Assembly: GCA_963751275.1 (NCBI GenBank)
Contig: CAVVTZ010000011.1
Location: forward strand, 1 to 64,000
DNA: 64,000 nt
Source of the DNA: an uncultured Gemmatimonadaceae bacterium
GTDB taxonomy: Bacteria > Gemmatimonadota > Gemmatimonadetes > Gemmatimonadales > Gemmatimonadaceae
Direction of reading: 5' to 3'
This document shows positions 1 to 15,063 of the stretch, piece after piece. The notes under the pieces are model-generated. The model was not told the DNA's origin. It made no database searches and saw only the letters and a program-made list of their open reading frames with translations. The position numbers were made by a program, and so were the translations under genes. Positions within the stretch are counted from its first letter, which is position 1. Each line of letters starts with the position of its first letter.

Positions 1-739
1 ATGTTCGTATACCTTCGGACGAGTACGTATTGCTGTCGACGAGAAGCCCCTGCTGGCGCCGGATCCAGCCCATCCCGAGGAGGTCTGGGGCTGCGAGGAC
101 CCGCGCCTCGTCTACCTGCCGGATCGCGAGGAGTGGGCGATCACCTATACCGCCTACAGCCGTCGCGGCCCGCTCGTGTCCCTGGCCGTCACCAGGGACT
201 TCCACGACCGTTGAGCGGCTCGGACCGGTCATGCCGCCGGACGACAAGGATGCGGCCCTGTTCCCGCGCCGCTTCGATGGCCGCTGGATCATGATCCACC
301 GGCCGGCGCCGCTGCAGCGGACCGGCCCACATGTGGATCTCGTACTCGCCTGATCTTCGCCATTGGGGCGACCACGCAGTCCTGCTCGAGGCCCGCGAGG
401 GGGCCTGGTGGGACGCCGGCAAGATCGGGCTCGGGCCGCCGCCGCTGGAGACCGACGGCCGGCTGGCTGGTCATGTACCACGGCGCCCACACGACCGCGT
501 CCGGGCCGATCTACCGGGTCGGCCTGGCCCTGCTGGACCTGGAGCACCCCGAGATCGTGCTGCGCCGGTCCGACGAGTGGGTCATCGCGCCGACGACTAC
601 CTACGAGTCCGTGGGCGACGTCGACAAGGTCGTCTTCCCCAACGGCTGGGTGCTCGATGAGGCTGCCGACAGGCTGTCCCTCTACTACGGCGCCGGCGAC
701 TCGGTCGTGGGCCTGGCGGAGGCGAGGTTCAGCGAGTGA
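1..739 (+). CDS. GH130-family glycosidase/phosphorylase, 5'-partial, frameshifted
   Basis: Fragments across frames: 'PPDDKDAALFPRRFDGRWIMIHRP', 'WWDAGKIGLGPPP', 'YHG..IYRVGLALLDLEHP', 'GDVDKVVFPNG..LYYGAGD'. Confidence 0.75.
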
Positions 740-4126
<3,387 letters not shown>

Positions 4127-4433
4127 GGCCGCAGTTCAGAACGGCCGGGGAGTCGACCCGATACGACGGTCAGTCGACGCCAGCCGAGAAGCGCCCGGAT
4201 CTTCGATGCTGGTGGCAGGGCCTCGACTCGGTCGCTGCGCGATGGTCGTCCAACTGTACGCGAACTGATCGCGGCTCCGTCGCCCAGGCCGTGCGGCCGT
4301 GGCGCCCGCCGGCGGTGGTCGTCCGCCAGCGCAGGTTCAGCGGCCTCGGCGACCGCCGCATGACGACCAGCAGGTCGCTTCGGCTCAGGCCCTTGCGGCG
4401 ACTGCTCGCCGGACAGCATCACGCAGGCGAAGC

Positions 4434-4742
4434 GTGGCCAATCTCCGCGCGCGACGTCGAGCACGTCGCCCACCTCGCGCGCCTCGGTCTTGACCGAGGA
4501 GGAGCTGGCGCGCCTCGAAGGGCCAGCTCAACCACATCCTCGACCAGTACGCGATCCTGGCGCGGCCTGGACACTGAGCACATCCCGCCGACCGCCCAGA
4601 CCATCGAGCTGGCGAACATCCTGCGCGACGACATCGTGCCAGCCGTCGCTGCTCGGTCGACGAGGCCTTGGCCAACGCGCCGGAGCGCGAGGGCGATCGT
4701 TTCGTCGTGCCGGCGATCCTCGGCGGCGAGGGCGGCGCGTGA
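4434..4742 (+). CDS. gatC: Asp/Glu-tRNA amidotransferase subunit C, frameshifted
   Basis: 'DVEHVAHLARL', 'LDTEHIPPTAQ', 'ALANAP..FVVPAIL'; overlaps the gatA start (GTGA). Confidence 0.85.
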
Positions 4743-6370
4743 CCGGCGACGCAAGGACCTCGACGCGACTCCACGCCCACGAGATGACGGCCGCTGCTGC
4801 GGGCGCGGCGCAGGTATCGTCGCGCGAGCTGATCGAGGCTCACCTCGCACGTCGCCGAACGCCAGAACCGCGCCCTCAACGCCGTGGCTGTGATCGGCCG
4901 TGCCGACGCGCTCGCCCAGGCCGACGCCGCCGACAGGCGCATGGCCGAGGCTGCGCCGCGAGGCCCCGCGGTCCTGCCGGCGCTGCATCCGCTGTGCGGC
5001 GTCCCGGTCGCGCTAAGGACCTCGTCTCGGTCAAGGGCGGCCAGGCGACGGCCGGCTCGAAGATCCTCGAGGGCTACGTCGCCCCGTTCGACTCGCACCG
5101 TGACGGCCCGGCTGCGCGACGCCGGCGCGGTCATCCTCGGCAAGACCAACATGGACGAGTTCGCCATGGGCTCGTCCACGGAGCACTCCGCGTACGGCCC
5201 GACGCACAATCCGTGGGACCTCACCGCGTCCCGGCGGCAGCTCCGGCGGTTCGGCGGCGGCGGTCGCCGCCTTCCACGCGCCGCTTCGATCGGCACGGAC
5301 ACGGGCGGCAGCATCCGCCAGCCGGCCTCGCTGTGCGGCGTCGTCGGGCTCAAGCCGACGTACGGCCGCGTGAGCCGCTACGGCATCGTCGCCTTCGCCG
5401 CTAGCCTCGACCAGATCGGGCCCGTTCGCCCGCGACGCCCGCGATGCGGCCGTCCTCCTGCACGCCGTCTCCGGTCGCGACGAACGCGACGCGACCTCGG
5501 CGCCGGTGCCGGTGCCGCGACGAACTCCTGAACCTGCCGGCCGGCGACGACGAGGCGGCCTCGTACCTGAAGGGCCGGCGGCTGGCGCTGCCGCGGGAGT
5601 ACTTCGTCGACGGGCATGGAGCCGGGCGTGGCCGCTCGCGTCCGCGAGGCCGTCGCGGCCACTGGAGGCGGCCGGTGCGCACGTCGAGGAAGTCTCGCTG
5701 CCGCACACGGACTACGGCCTCGCCACGTACTACATCATCGCCCCGGCCGAGGCATCGTCGAACCTCGCCCGCTACGACGGCGTCAACTACGGCTATCGAC
5801 GAGCGAGCTCGGCGACGTACATCGCCGACTACCTCCGCACCCGAGGCGCGGGCTTCGGGCCGGAGGTCAAGCGCCGGATCATGCTCGGCACCTACGCCCT
5901 GTCGGCCGGCTACTACGACGCGTACTACCTGAAGGCTCAGAAGGTGCGGACGCTGATCAAGGCGGACTTCGACGCGGTCTGGGCGGCCGGCTTCGACGCG
6001 ATCTGCGCGCCGACCAGCCCGACCGTCGCCTTCCCGATCGGGCGCCAGGCTGGACGACCCGGTGGCGATGTACCTGTCCGACGCCTGCACTCTGCCGGTC
6101 AACATGGCCGGCCTGCCCGGCGTGTCGATCCCGGCCGGGCTGTCCGACGGTCTGCCGGTCGGCCTCCAGATCATCGGGCGCCGTGGAGCGAGCTCTCGAT
6201 GCTCCGGCTGGCCCGCGCGTACGAAGGGATCACTGCCAGAGCACCTGGCGGGCCCTCGAGCCCGCCGAACTGAGCCTGACCGACGATCCGACCACGCCCA
6301 GCCCGATCGAGCGGAGAGGAGCGCCTCGCAGAGAGCGCACCACGCCGCGGGCCCCGGCGCCAAATCCTGA
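4739..6370 (+). CDS. gatA: Glu-tRNA(Gln) amidotransferase subunit A, frameshifted; end approximate
   Basis: '[15 protein letters not shown]', '[12 protein letters not shown]', '[11 protein letters not shown]', '[22 protein letters not shown]'. Confidence 0.92.
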
Positions 6371-6383
6371 GGACCGGAACTCG

Positions 6384-6584
6384 ATGACCACCCGATCGAC
6401 TCCAACCGACTCGCCACCGACCCGTCGATCCTCAACTCCGAATCCGAACCGGAGCGCCCGCCGCTCTCGACCCGCGTTCTGGCCCGCCGCGTGGACGAGG
6501 TCGCGCTCCGGCATTCGCCGCTTCTTCGAGCATCATCGCGACGATGACCGACGTCATCAGCCTCGGGGTGGGGGAGCCGGACTT
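6384..6584 (+). pseudogene. 5' fragment of a class I/II pyridoxal-phosphate aminotransferase, truncated at the probable chimeric junction
   Basis: 'SGIRRFFE..TMTDVISLGVGEPD' is typical of aspartate-aminotransferase N-termini, then the sequence switches abruptly. Confidence 0.65.
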
Positions 6585-6832
6585 GGCAGCGAGTCCGGTA
6601 TCCGCTCGGACAAGAGTTTGGTCGTGAACCGCTGCCCCTCGGAGATCCGCTCCGTCTCCACCGCCATCGCGTCGATCGCCTGCTCCATGCGCGCGAGCCG
6701 CTCGTCGATCGCCTTCAGCTCGGCGCTGCCGATGCTCTGCTGCTTTTTCGCGCGCGTCGTGATGAAGGCCAGCGTGATCACGCCGATCGTGATCACCATC
6801 GTAATGAACGCCGCCATGTCGTTCGGATTCAT
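6557..6832 (-). CDS. small single-TM coiled-coil protein, paralog 3 (C-terminal tail may be affected by the junction)
   Basis: 91 aa; N-terminal hydrophobic helix; 'ERLARMEQAIDAMAVETERISEGQRFTTKLLSER'; ATGA overlap with paralog 2. Confidence 0.8.
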   Translation of the reverse strand: MNPNDMAAFITMVITIGVITLAFITTRAKKQQSIGSAELKAIDERLARMEQAIDAMAVETERISEGQRFTTKLLSERIPDSLPSPAPPPRG

Positions 6833-7086
6833 CGGTCCTCACTCCGCGCCGGGGCGCGTTCGCTCAGCAGTTTCGTGGTGAAGCGCTGGCCCTCACTGAT
6901 CCGTTCGGCTTCCACAGCGATCGCGTCCACGGCCTGCTCGATGCGCGCGAGGCGCTCTTCGATCGCGGCGAGATCGCCGCTCTTGAGACCCTTTCGGCTG
7001 CCGTAGTGGAACTTCATCCACGTGACCGCGAGGCTGCTGGCACCCACTGCGCCAACGATCAAGACCGCCGCCTCCTGGCCGTTCAT
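6829..7086 (-). CDS. small single-TM coiled-coil protein, paralog 2
   Basis: Starts MNGQEAAV at 7086; 'ERLARIEQAVDAIAVEAERISEGQRFTTKLLSER'; ATGA overlap with paralog 1. Confidence 0.8.
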   Translation of the reverse strand: MNGQEAAVLIVGAVGASSLAVTWMKFHYGSRKGLKSGDLAAIEERLARIEQAVDAIAVEAERISEGQRFTTKLLSERAPARSEDR

Positions 7087-7343
7087 CGGGGCACCTTCTC
7101 TTCGGACGCCCGTTCGCTGAGAAGCTTGGTCGTGAAGCGCTGTCCTTCGCCGATCCGCTCGGTCTCCACGGCGATCGCGTCCACGGCACGCTCCAGCGCG
7201 GCGAGACGCTCGGCGATCTCGGCGAGATCCTTCGACGCGACCCGTGGCGGCCGCCGCAACCATGCGACGCCGAGTGCGATGGCGGTGCTGAACGAACCGA
7301 CGATCGCGAACACGGTGATGACGAACGTGTACTTGTCTTGCAT
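7083..7343 (-). CDS. small single-TM coiled-coil protein, paralog 1
   Basis: 86 aa; 'ERLAALERAVDAIAVETERIGEGQRFTTKLLSER'. Confidence 0.8.
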   Translation of the reverse strand: MQDKYTFVITVFAIVGSFSTAIALGVAWLRRPPRVASKDLAEIAERLAALERAVDAIAVETERIGEGQRFTTKLLSERASEEKVPR

Positions 7344-7344
7344 C

Positions 7345-7836
7345 TCAGCTTCCCGGGGAACGAGGTGGCTTCTCTATTCCCTCCGTACGGCCGCCGGCGG
7401 TCACCGGTGTCAGGCGCCGCTCCATGCGCGCCACCCGGCGGCTCGCCTCGCGCGCGTCGCGCGCCGACAGCGCGGCGATGAACACCAGCACGCCGGCGTA
7501 CATCCCCCACAGCCCGAGCATCAGCCACGCGCCCTTCCGGTTCGCACTCCACACTTCGTGCACGGCCCAGAACATCCCGATGGTGCCGAGGATGACGATC
7601 ACGGCGATCGAACGCACGGCGACGGTCACCACCTTCCGCGACCGCCGCGCGCAGTCGGGGCAGAGCATCAGCCCGCCGATGCGCGCGCCCGCACCTTCGA
7701 GCGGCTTACCGCAGTTCGCGCAATTCCCGGCGCGATTCCGGCGGATCCGGCGCTGCAGCATGTTCCAACTGAGCGCGCTCCACGCCAGTGATCCCACGAC
7801 GGCGATCGCCAGCCAGAGCGCGAAGCCGGTGCGCAC
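7345..7836 (-). CDS. hypothetical membrane protein with CxxC...CxxC zinc-finger-like loop
   Basis: Three hydrophobic segments; 'CANCGKPL' and 'LCPDC'; tightly spaced in the operon. Confidence 0.65.
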   Translation of the reverse strand: MRTGFALWLAIAVVGSLAWSALSWNMLQRRIRRNRAGNCANCGKPLEGAGARIGGLMLCPDCARRSRKVVTVAVRSIAVIVILGTIGMFWAVHEVWSANRKGAWLMLGLWGMYAGVLVFIAALSARDAREASRRVARMERRLTPVTAGGRTEGIEKPPRSPGS

Positions 7837-7839
7837 CGC

Positions 7840-8848
7840 TCAGCCGCCTCCCTTCACGTACGCGGCGTACGCATCGTACGCGGCGAGCACCTCGTCGCCG
7901 GTCACCGTGGCCGCGCCGAGCTTCCCGACTTCCACGCCCGCGGCGAAGTTCGCGATCATCGCCGCCTCGGGCACGCTGCCGCCCGCCGCGAGGATCGCCG
8001 CGAGATAGGCGGTGACGGTGTCGCCCGCGCCCACCACGTCGTACACCTCGCGCGCCGTGGTCGGCACGCGCATCGCGACGCCGTTCCCGCTCACGAGCAC
8101 CATGCCGCGCTCGCCAAGGGTGAGCAGCACGTGTTCGACGCCGAGCCGCTCGAGCATCGCCGGCACGGTCTCGGGATGGTCGATGTCCATCGTGGCGCCC
8201 AGCGCGCTCTCCAGCTCGCGGCGGTTCGGCTTGAAGATCGTCGCGCCCTTGTACGAGAAGAAGTTCCGGAACTTGGGATCGACCACCACCGGGATGCCGC
8301 GGCGATTCGCCGCGTCGATCGCCGCGCGGATCACGGCGGTCACGAGCACGCCCTTGTTGTAGTCCTCGAGCACGAGCGCGTCGGCGTCGGTCACGGCGTG
8401 CGCGACGGCGTTGAGCACGCGCGCGACGTCGGCGGCGCCGAGGTCGTTGTCCTCCTCCTCGTCGAAGCGCACGAGCTGCTGCACGCGCGCGAGGACGCGC
8501 GTCTTCGTCGTGGTGGGCCGGTCCGACCTCCACCAGCGCGCGCGTCTCGCCGCCGAGCTCCTTGAGCATCGCGCGCAGCGCTTTGCCGCTGGTGTCGCGC
8601 CCGATGACGGCCACGAGCTCCGCGCGCGCGCCGAGCGCCGCGACGTTCTGCGCGACATTCGCCGCGCCGCCCAGCGCGGACCGCCGCTCGCGCACGCGCA
8701 CCACGGGCACCGGCGCCTCGGGGGAGATGCGCTCGACGTCGCCCTTGAGGTAGACGTCGAGCATGGCGTCGCCCACTACGGCGATGCGCTTTCCGGACGC
8801 GGAGCGAAGGAGAGTCTGGAGGCGGCTTCGGCTTAACGACGGGCGCAT
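7840..8848 (-). CDS. rfaE: D-glycero-beta-D-manno-heptose-7-phosphate kinase (RfaE domain I, PfkB family), one frameshift near 8520
   Basis: 'VVGDAMLDVYLKGDVERISPEAPVPV', 'GGAANVA', 'DYNKG', 'DVVGAGDT'. Confidence 0.88.
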
Positions 8849-8897
8849 GATGAATGGTAAGCTACCGGCGACAGCGGGACAGTACCAGATAGGTCGC

Positions 8898-8961
8898 GTT
8901 CGGGAGTCGGGAGTCGGGAATCGACTACCCGTCGTCGATTCCCGACTCCCGACTCCCGAAC
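8898..8961. repeat. perfect 28-bp inverted repeat built from GGGAGTC heptamers
   Basis: gttcgggagtcgggagtcgggaatcgac - tacccgtc - gtcgattcccgactcccgactcccgaac, between divergent genes. Confidence 0.9.
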
Positions 8962-9024
8962 ATGAAGGAGTCCCGTAGCCAGCTAGTCTCGTATAGCTTT
9001 CCGTCGCACCCAACCCGGACAGCC

Positions 9025-10032
9025 GTGCCGCCGTTAGTCGTTCTCGCTCTCTCCGTCCTGGGCATTTCCTTCGCGGGGCCCTTGATCCGGATCTCGCACG
9101 CGGATCCGCTCGCGATCGCGGTGTGGCGGCTCGCGATCTCCATGCTCCTCATCGGCGGGATCGTCACCGTGATGGGCAGCTGGCGGCAGTGGCGGCGGCT
9201 GTCGCGCGGCGACCTCGCGATCGCACTCGGCGCGGGGGCCATGCTCGCGCTGCACTTCTGGGCGTGGAACGCGTCGCTCCGCCTCACCACGATCTCCGCG
9301 AGCACGCTGCTCGTGGACACGCAACCCGTGCTCGTCGCGGGCGCGAGCGCGCTCTGGCTCAAGGAGTCGCCGAACCGCGGCATGGATCGGCATCTCATTG
9401 CGGTGCGGCGCATGATGTCGCCGAGGGGGGGGGGGCGGCGCGCGCTCTGGCTCAAGGAGTCACCGAACCGCGGGCAATGGATCGGCATCCTCATCGCGGT
9501 GGCCGGCGCGATGATCGTCGGGATCTCCGACGCGCGCGGCGCCAACGCCGGTGCGCCGCACGCGCTACTGGGCGACGCGCTCGCCTTCTCCGCCGGCGTG
9601 GCCGGCGCGCTGTACTATCTCGCGGGACGGCGCCTCCGCCGTACGCTCGACCTCTGGCCCTACGTCGCGCTCGTCTACGGCGCTTGCCTCGCGGTGCTGC
9701 TGATGTTCGCGCTGCTCATGGACACGCCGCTCGTGCCCCAGCCGCCGCGCGAGTTGGCGATCTTCACGGCGCTCGCGCTGGGGCCCATGATGCTCGGGCA
9801 TACCGGCATGAACTGGGCACTGCGTTATCTTCCGGCATACGTCGTGAACCTCACCGTGCTCGGCGAGCCGGTGGGTGCAACACTCCTCGCCGCGGTGCTG
9901 CCCGGGATCCGTGAGATCCCCGCGCCGCTGACGCTCGCCGGCGGCGCGGTGCTGCTGGCTGGGATCCTGATCACGCTCATGCGCACGCCCGGCATGGCGA
10001 ACGCACCACCGGTGGTCACTGATGCGGCTTGA
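9025..10032 (+). CDS. EamA/DMT family transporter (contains a degraded internal duplication at ~9347-9520)
   Basis: Multiple TM segments; 'LWLKE', 'GDALA', 'LGEPVGATLLA'. Confidence 0.85.
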   Translation: MPPLVVLALSVLGISFAGPLIRISHADPLAIAVWRLAISMLLIGGIVTVMGSWRQWRRLSRGDLAIALGAGAMLALHFWAWNASLRLTTISASTLLVDTQPVLVAGASALWLKESPNRGMDRHLIAVRRMMSPRGGGRRALWLKESPNRGQWIGILIAVAGAMIVGISDARGANAGAPHALLGDALAFSAGVAGALYYLAGRRLRRTLDLWPYVALVYGACLAVLLMFALLMDTPLVPQPPRELAIFTALALGPMMLGHTGMNWALRYLPAYVVNLTVLGEPVGATLLAAVLPGIREIPAPLTLAGGAVLLAGILITLMRTPGMANAPPVVTDAA

Positions 10033-11008
10033 CTTGGACGTCGTCGCGACGCGCGGCGACATGATCGAATCGCGACACCACGTGCACGCCGCCGTGCTCG
10101 ATGACACCGGCGCTCTGCGCGCCTCCGCCGGCGATCCGGCGCTGCCCACGGTCATGCGCAGCTGTGCGAAACCCTTCCAGGCGTTCCCCTTCGTGGACAG
10201 CGGCGCGTTCGATGAACTCGCCTGGACCGACGAGATGCTCGCGCTCGCGTGCGCGAGCCACGGCGGCGAGCCGGAGCACATCGCGATCGTCTCCCGCATG
10301 CTCGGCACGCTGCAGCTCGAGGAAGGCGACCTCGCGTGCGGCGCGCACGAGCCGCTCACGCGGCGCGGACAGAAGGCATTGAAGGAAGCGGGGGAGACCG
10401 CGACCCGCCTCCACAACAACTGCTCCGGCAAGCACGCCGCGATGCTCGCCTTCGCGCAGATCCAGAAGTGGCCGACGCGCGGCTATGAGCAGTGCGTGCA
10501 TCCCGTGCAGCAGCACGCGGTGCAGGCGCTCGCGAAGTGGTGCGATGTCGACCCGTCGAGCCTCAAGCTCATGACCGACGGCTGCGGCGTGGTGGCGTTC
10601 GGCCTACCAATGCAATCGTTCGCCTTCGGCCTCGCACGCTTCGCCGCCGCCGCGCATGCGGGCGATCCGGTGCCCGCGCGGATATTCGGCGCGATGGCCG
10701 CGCATCCTTTCCTCGTGGGCGGCACGGACCGGTTCGATACCGTAGTCATGGAGGAGACACGTGGGCGCGTGATCGCGAAGATCGGCGCCGAGGGGGTGCA
10801 CGCGGTGGCGATCCCCGAGCGCGGGCTGGCCGCGGTGGTGAAGGTGGCCGACGGTTCCTTCCGCGCGCAGCATCCCGCGGTGATCCGGCTGCTGCAGTAT
10901 CTCGACGCGCTCCCGGCGGAACTGCCGCCGCGCCTGGCGTCGTTCCTGCGCACGCCCATCGTGAACACGCGCGGCGCGACGGTCGGGGAGATCCGCCCGG
11001 TTGCGTAG
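10022..11008 (+). CDS. L-asparaginase II family protein
   Basis: 'RSCAKPFQA', 'ACASHGGE', 'NNCSGKHA', 'DGCG', 'KIGAEG'. Confidence 0.88.
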   Translation: MRLDLDVVATRGDMIESRHHVHAAVLDDTGALRASAGDPALPTVMRSCAKPFQAFPFVDSGAFDELAWTDEMLALACASHGGEPEHIAIVSRMLGTLQLEEGDLACGAHEPLTRRGQKALKEAGETATRLHNNCSGKHAAMLAFAQIQKWPTRGYEQCVHPVQQHAVQALAKWCDVDPSSLKLMTDGCGVVAFGLPMQSFAFGLARFAAAAHAGDPVPARIFGAMAAHPFLVGGTDRFDTVVMEETRGRVIAKIGAEGVHAVAIPERGLAAVVKVADGSFRAQHPAVIRLLQYLDALPAELPPRLASFLRTPIVNTRGATVGEIRPVA

Positions 11009-11067
11009 CGTGCGCGTGGTACGCCGCGGAACGATCCGATGACACAGACTTCTCCCGCGCTCGGTAG

Positions 11068-12709
<1,642 letters not shown>

Positions 12710-12719
<10 letters not shown>

Positions 12720-13760
12720 GATCGACGCGCGGCGCGATGCGCTCGCGCTCTCGCTCCTGAGTGGCGTGGGAGCGGTGAAGCACGCGGAACTGACGGCAAC
12801 ATTCGGATCCTTCGCGCGGGCGATCGATTCGGCGGGCGAAACGGAAGAGGCAGTCGCGCGGTGCGTACGAACAGGCCGATGCGGCGCTCGCGCGCGCGGA
12901 GGCGTGTGGCGCGAGCGTGCTCTGTACTGCGGACGCGGAGTACCCCGCGCCGCTCAAGGACCTCAACGATCCGCCGCCGGTGCTCTTCGCGATCGGCGAT
13001 CTGGCCGCGATCGCGCCGCCGGCCGTCGCGATCGTCGGCACGCGGCGCGCCACGCTCGTACGGCGAGCGCATGACGCACGAGATCGCGTCGTCGCTCGCG
13101 CGGGCGGGGGTGGCGGTGATCAGCGGGATGGCGCGCGGCATCGACGGCACCGCGCATCGCGCGGCGCTCGCGGCCAACGGACGCACCGCCGCCGTGCTCG
13201 GCACCGGCGTGGACATCGCCTATCCCACGAACCATCGAGCGCTCCACGCGCAGATCGGCGCGCGGGGGCTGCTGCTGAGCGAAGAGCTGCCCGGCGACCG
13301 GGCGACGCCCGGATCGTTCCCGCGCCGCAACCGGATGATCGCGGCGTTGGCGCCGGTGACGATCGTGATCGAGGCGCCGCACGAGAGCGGCGCGTTGATC
13401 ACGGCGGGTCATGCGCTGGAATTGGGGCGCACGGTGGCGACGGTGCCCGGCGCGATCGATTCGCCGGCGAGCGCCGGCTCGAATCTGCTGCTGCGCGACG
13501 GTGCGATCATGATCGCCGAAGTGGCGGACGCACTCGCGCTGGTCGGGCTCACGGGACCGAAACGGCCGAAGAATCCGGAGTTCAAGACAGAACCGGAACG
13601 CGCGGTGTGGGCCGCACTCGGCGACGGCGCGGCGTACATCAATGAGCTCTCCGCGCGCGCAGGACTGCCGGCACGGGAGTGCATCGCGGCGGTGAGCTCA
13701 ATGGAGGTGGCGGGGGCCATCGAGTGCTTGCTGACCGGGGAAATACGACGGCGAGGGTGA
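12710..13760 (+). CDS. dprA: DNA-processing protein DprA, frameshifted 5' part; start approximate
   Basis: 'DPPPVLF', 'VAIVGTR', 'SGMARGIDG.AH', 'FPRRNRMIA', 'SGALITA'. Confidence 0.9.
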
Positions 13761-13925
13761 CACCGCTGACGGCGAGTGTGACACCGCTGACGGCGCCTGT
13801 GATCGTTGACGTGTGGCAACCACCCTCGCCGTTGCCACACGTCAACGATCACAGGCGCCGTCAGCGTCGTCACCCTCGCCGTCAGCGGCGTCACAAGCGC
13901 CGTCAGCGGTGTCACGCTCGCCGTC
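13747..13925. repeat. palindromic element A: 21-bp tandem units (gacggcgagtgtgacaccgct) in inverted arrays around a long stem-loop
   Basis: Core stem ...gatcgttgacgtgtggcaac/gttgccacacgtcaacgatc..., 10-nt loop at 13821-13830; near-identical copy at 19152. Confidence 0.92.
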
Positions 13926-13940
13926 TTATCTTTAATATAG

Positions 13941-15053
13941 ATGAATCACCTCTACATCCACGTCCCCTTCTGCCGCCGGAAATGCAGTTACTGCGATTTC
14001 TCAATCGCGGTACGGAAAGTCATACCTGCCAACGACTTCGTCCGCTCCATCGAATGTGAATTGTCGGCCCGCCAGCCGGATCCGCAACGCGAGCCGCTGA
14101 CCACGGTCTACCTCGGCGGCGGCACCCCGTCGCTGCTCGGTGCGGACGGGCTCGCACGACTGTTCAATGTCATCCGAAGCCGGTTCACGATCGCGCCGGA
14201 TGCCGAGCTCACCCTGGAGGCCAATCCGGACGACGTGAGCGCCGAGGCCGTGAGGAGCTGGCGCGCGACCGGCATCAACCGCCTCTCCATCGGCGCGCAG
14301 AGCTTCGACGCGAAGGTCCTCGAGTGGATGCATCGCACCCACACGCCGGACCAGACCGCGCGCGCCGTAGATCACGCGCGCGCCGGCGGCATCGACGACC
14401 TTTCGCTCGACCTCATCTTCGCGCTGCCCTCGGCGCTCCGCCGCGACTGGGAACGCGATCTGTCGCACGTGCTGTCGCTCGCGCCCGACCATCTCTCGCT
14501 GTACGGCCTCACGGTGGAGCCCGGCACGCCGCTCGGCCACTGGCAGGCGCGCGGCGAGGTGCGCGAGGCGCCCGAGGAGAAGTACGAACGCGAGTTCCTC
14601 GCGGCGCACGAGCGCCTCATCGCGGCGGGATTCGAGCACTACGAAGTGAGCAACTACGCGCGTCCCGGCGCGCGCGCGAGGCACAACGGGAGTTACTGGC
14701 GCCGCGTGCCGTACCTCGGCCTCGGACCGTCGGCGCATTCGTTCGATGGAACGAGCCGGAGCTGGAACATCGCGGCCTACGCCGCATGGTCGCGCGCGGC
14801 GCTCGATGGCGGCGACGTCACCGAAGGCTCGGAGGTCCTGTCCGCCGGGAGCGAGGAAGCCGAGCGCATCTATCTGGGCCTGCGCACCACCGATGGGCTC
14901 GAGATGCCGCCGGCACTCGCTGAAACAGTCGCGCCGTGGATCGCCGCGAGGTGGGCCGAGGCGTGCGACGGCCGCCTCCGGCTCACGCCCACCGGCTGGC
15001 TGCGCCTCGACGCCCTCGCCACTCACTTGACCGCTGTCGCGAGTCGTTCCTAG
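13941..15053 (+). CDS. hemW: radical SAM heme chaperone HemW (HemN-like)
   Basis: 'YIHVPFCRRKCSYCDF' CxxxCxxC, 'GGGTPS', 'YEVSNYA', 'HN..YW'; lies upstream of hrcA. Confidence 0.92.
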   Translation: MNHLYIHVPFCRRKCSYCDFSIAVRKVIPANDFVRSIECELSARQPDPQREPLTTVYLGGGTPSLLGADGLARLFNVIRSRFTIAPDAELTLEANPDDVSAEAVRSWRATGINRLSIGAQSFDAKVLEWMHRTHTPDQTARAVDHARAGGIDDLSLDLIFALPSALRRDWERDLSHVLSLAPDHLSLYGLTVEPGTPLGHWQARGEVREAPEEKYEREFLAAHERLIAAGFEHYEVSNYARPGARARHNGSYWRRVPYLGLGPSAHSFDGTSRSWNIAAYAAWSRAALDGGDVTEGSEVLSAGSEEAERIYLGLRTTDGLEMPPALAETVAPWIAARWAEACDGRLRLTPTGWLRLDALATHLTAVASRS

Positions 15054-15063
15054 CTTGCACATC

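Noticed and set aside
4130..4430. Possible small gene between the GNAT gene and gatC
   Set aside because: Indel density is too high and no recognisable motif could be reconstructed.
9347..9520. Tandem duplication of the 'ALWLKESPNRG' segment in the EamA gene
   Set aside because: The first copy is a deletion-riddled version of the second, followed by a poly-G run. This looks like a consensus artifact, not a real duplication.
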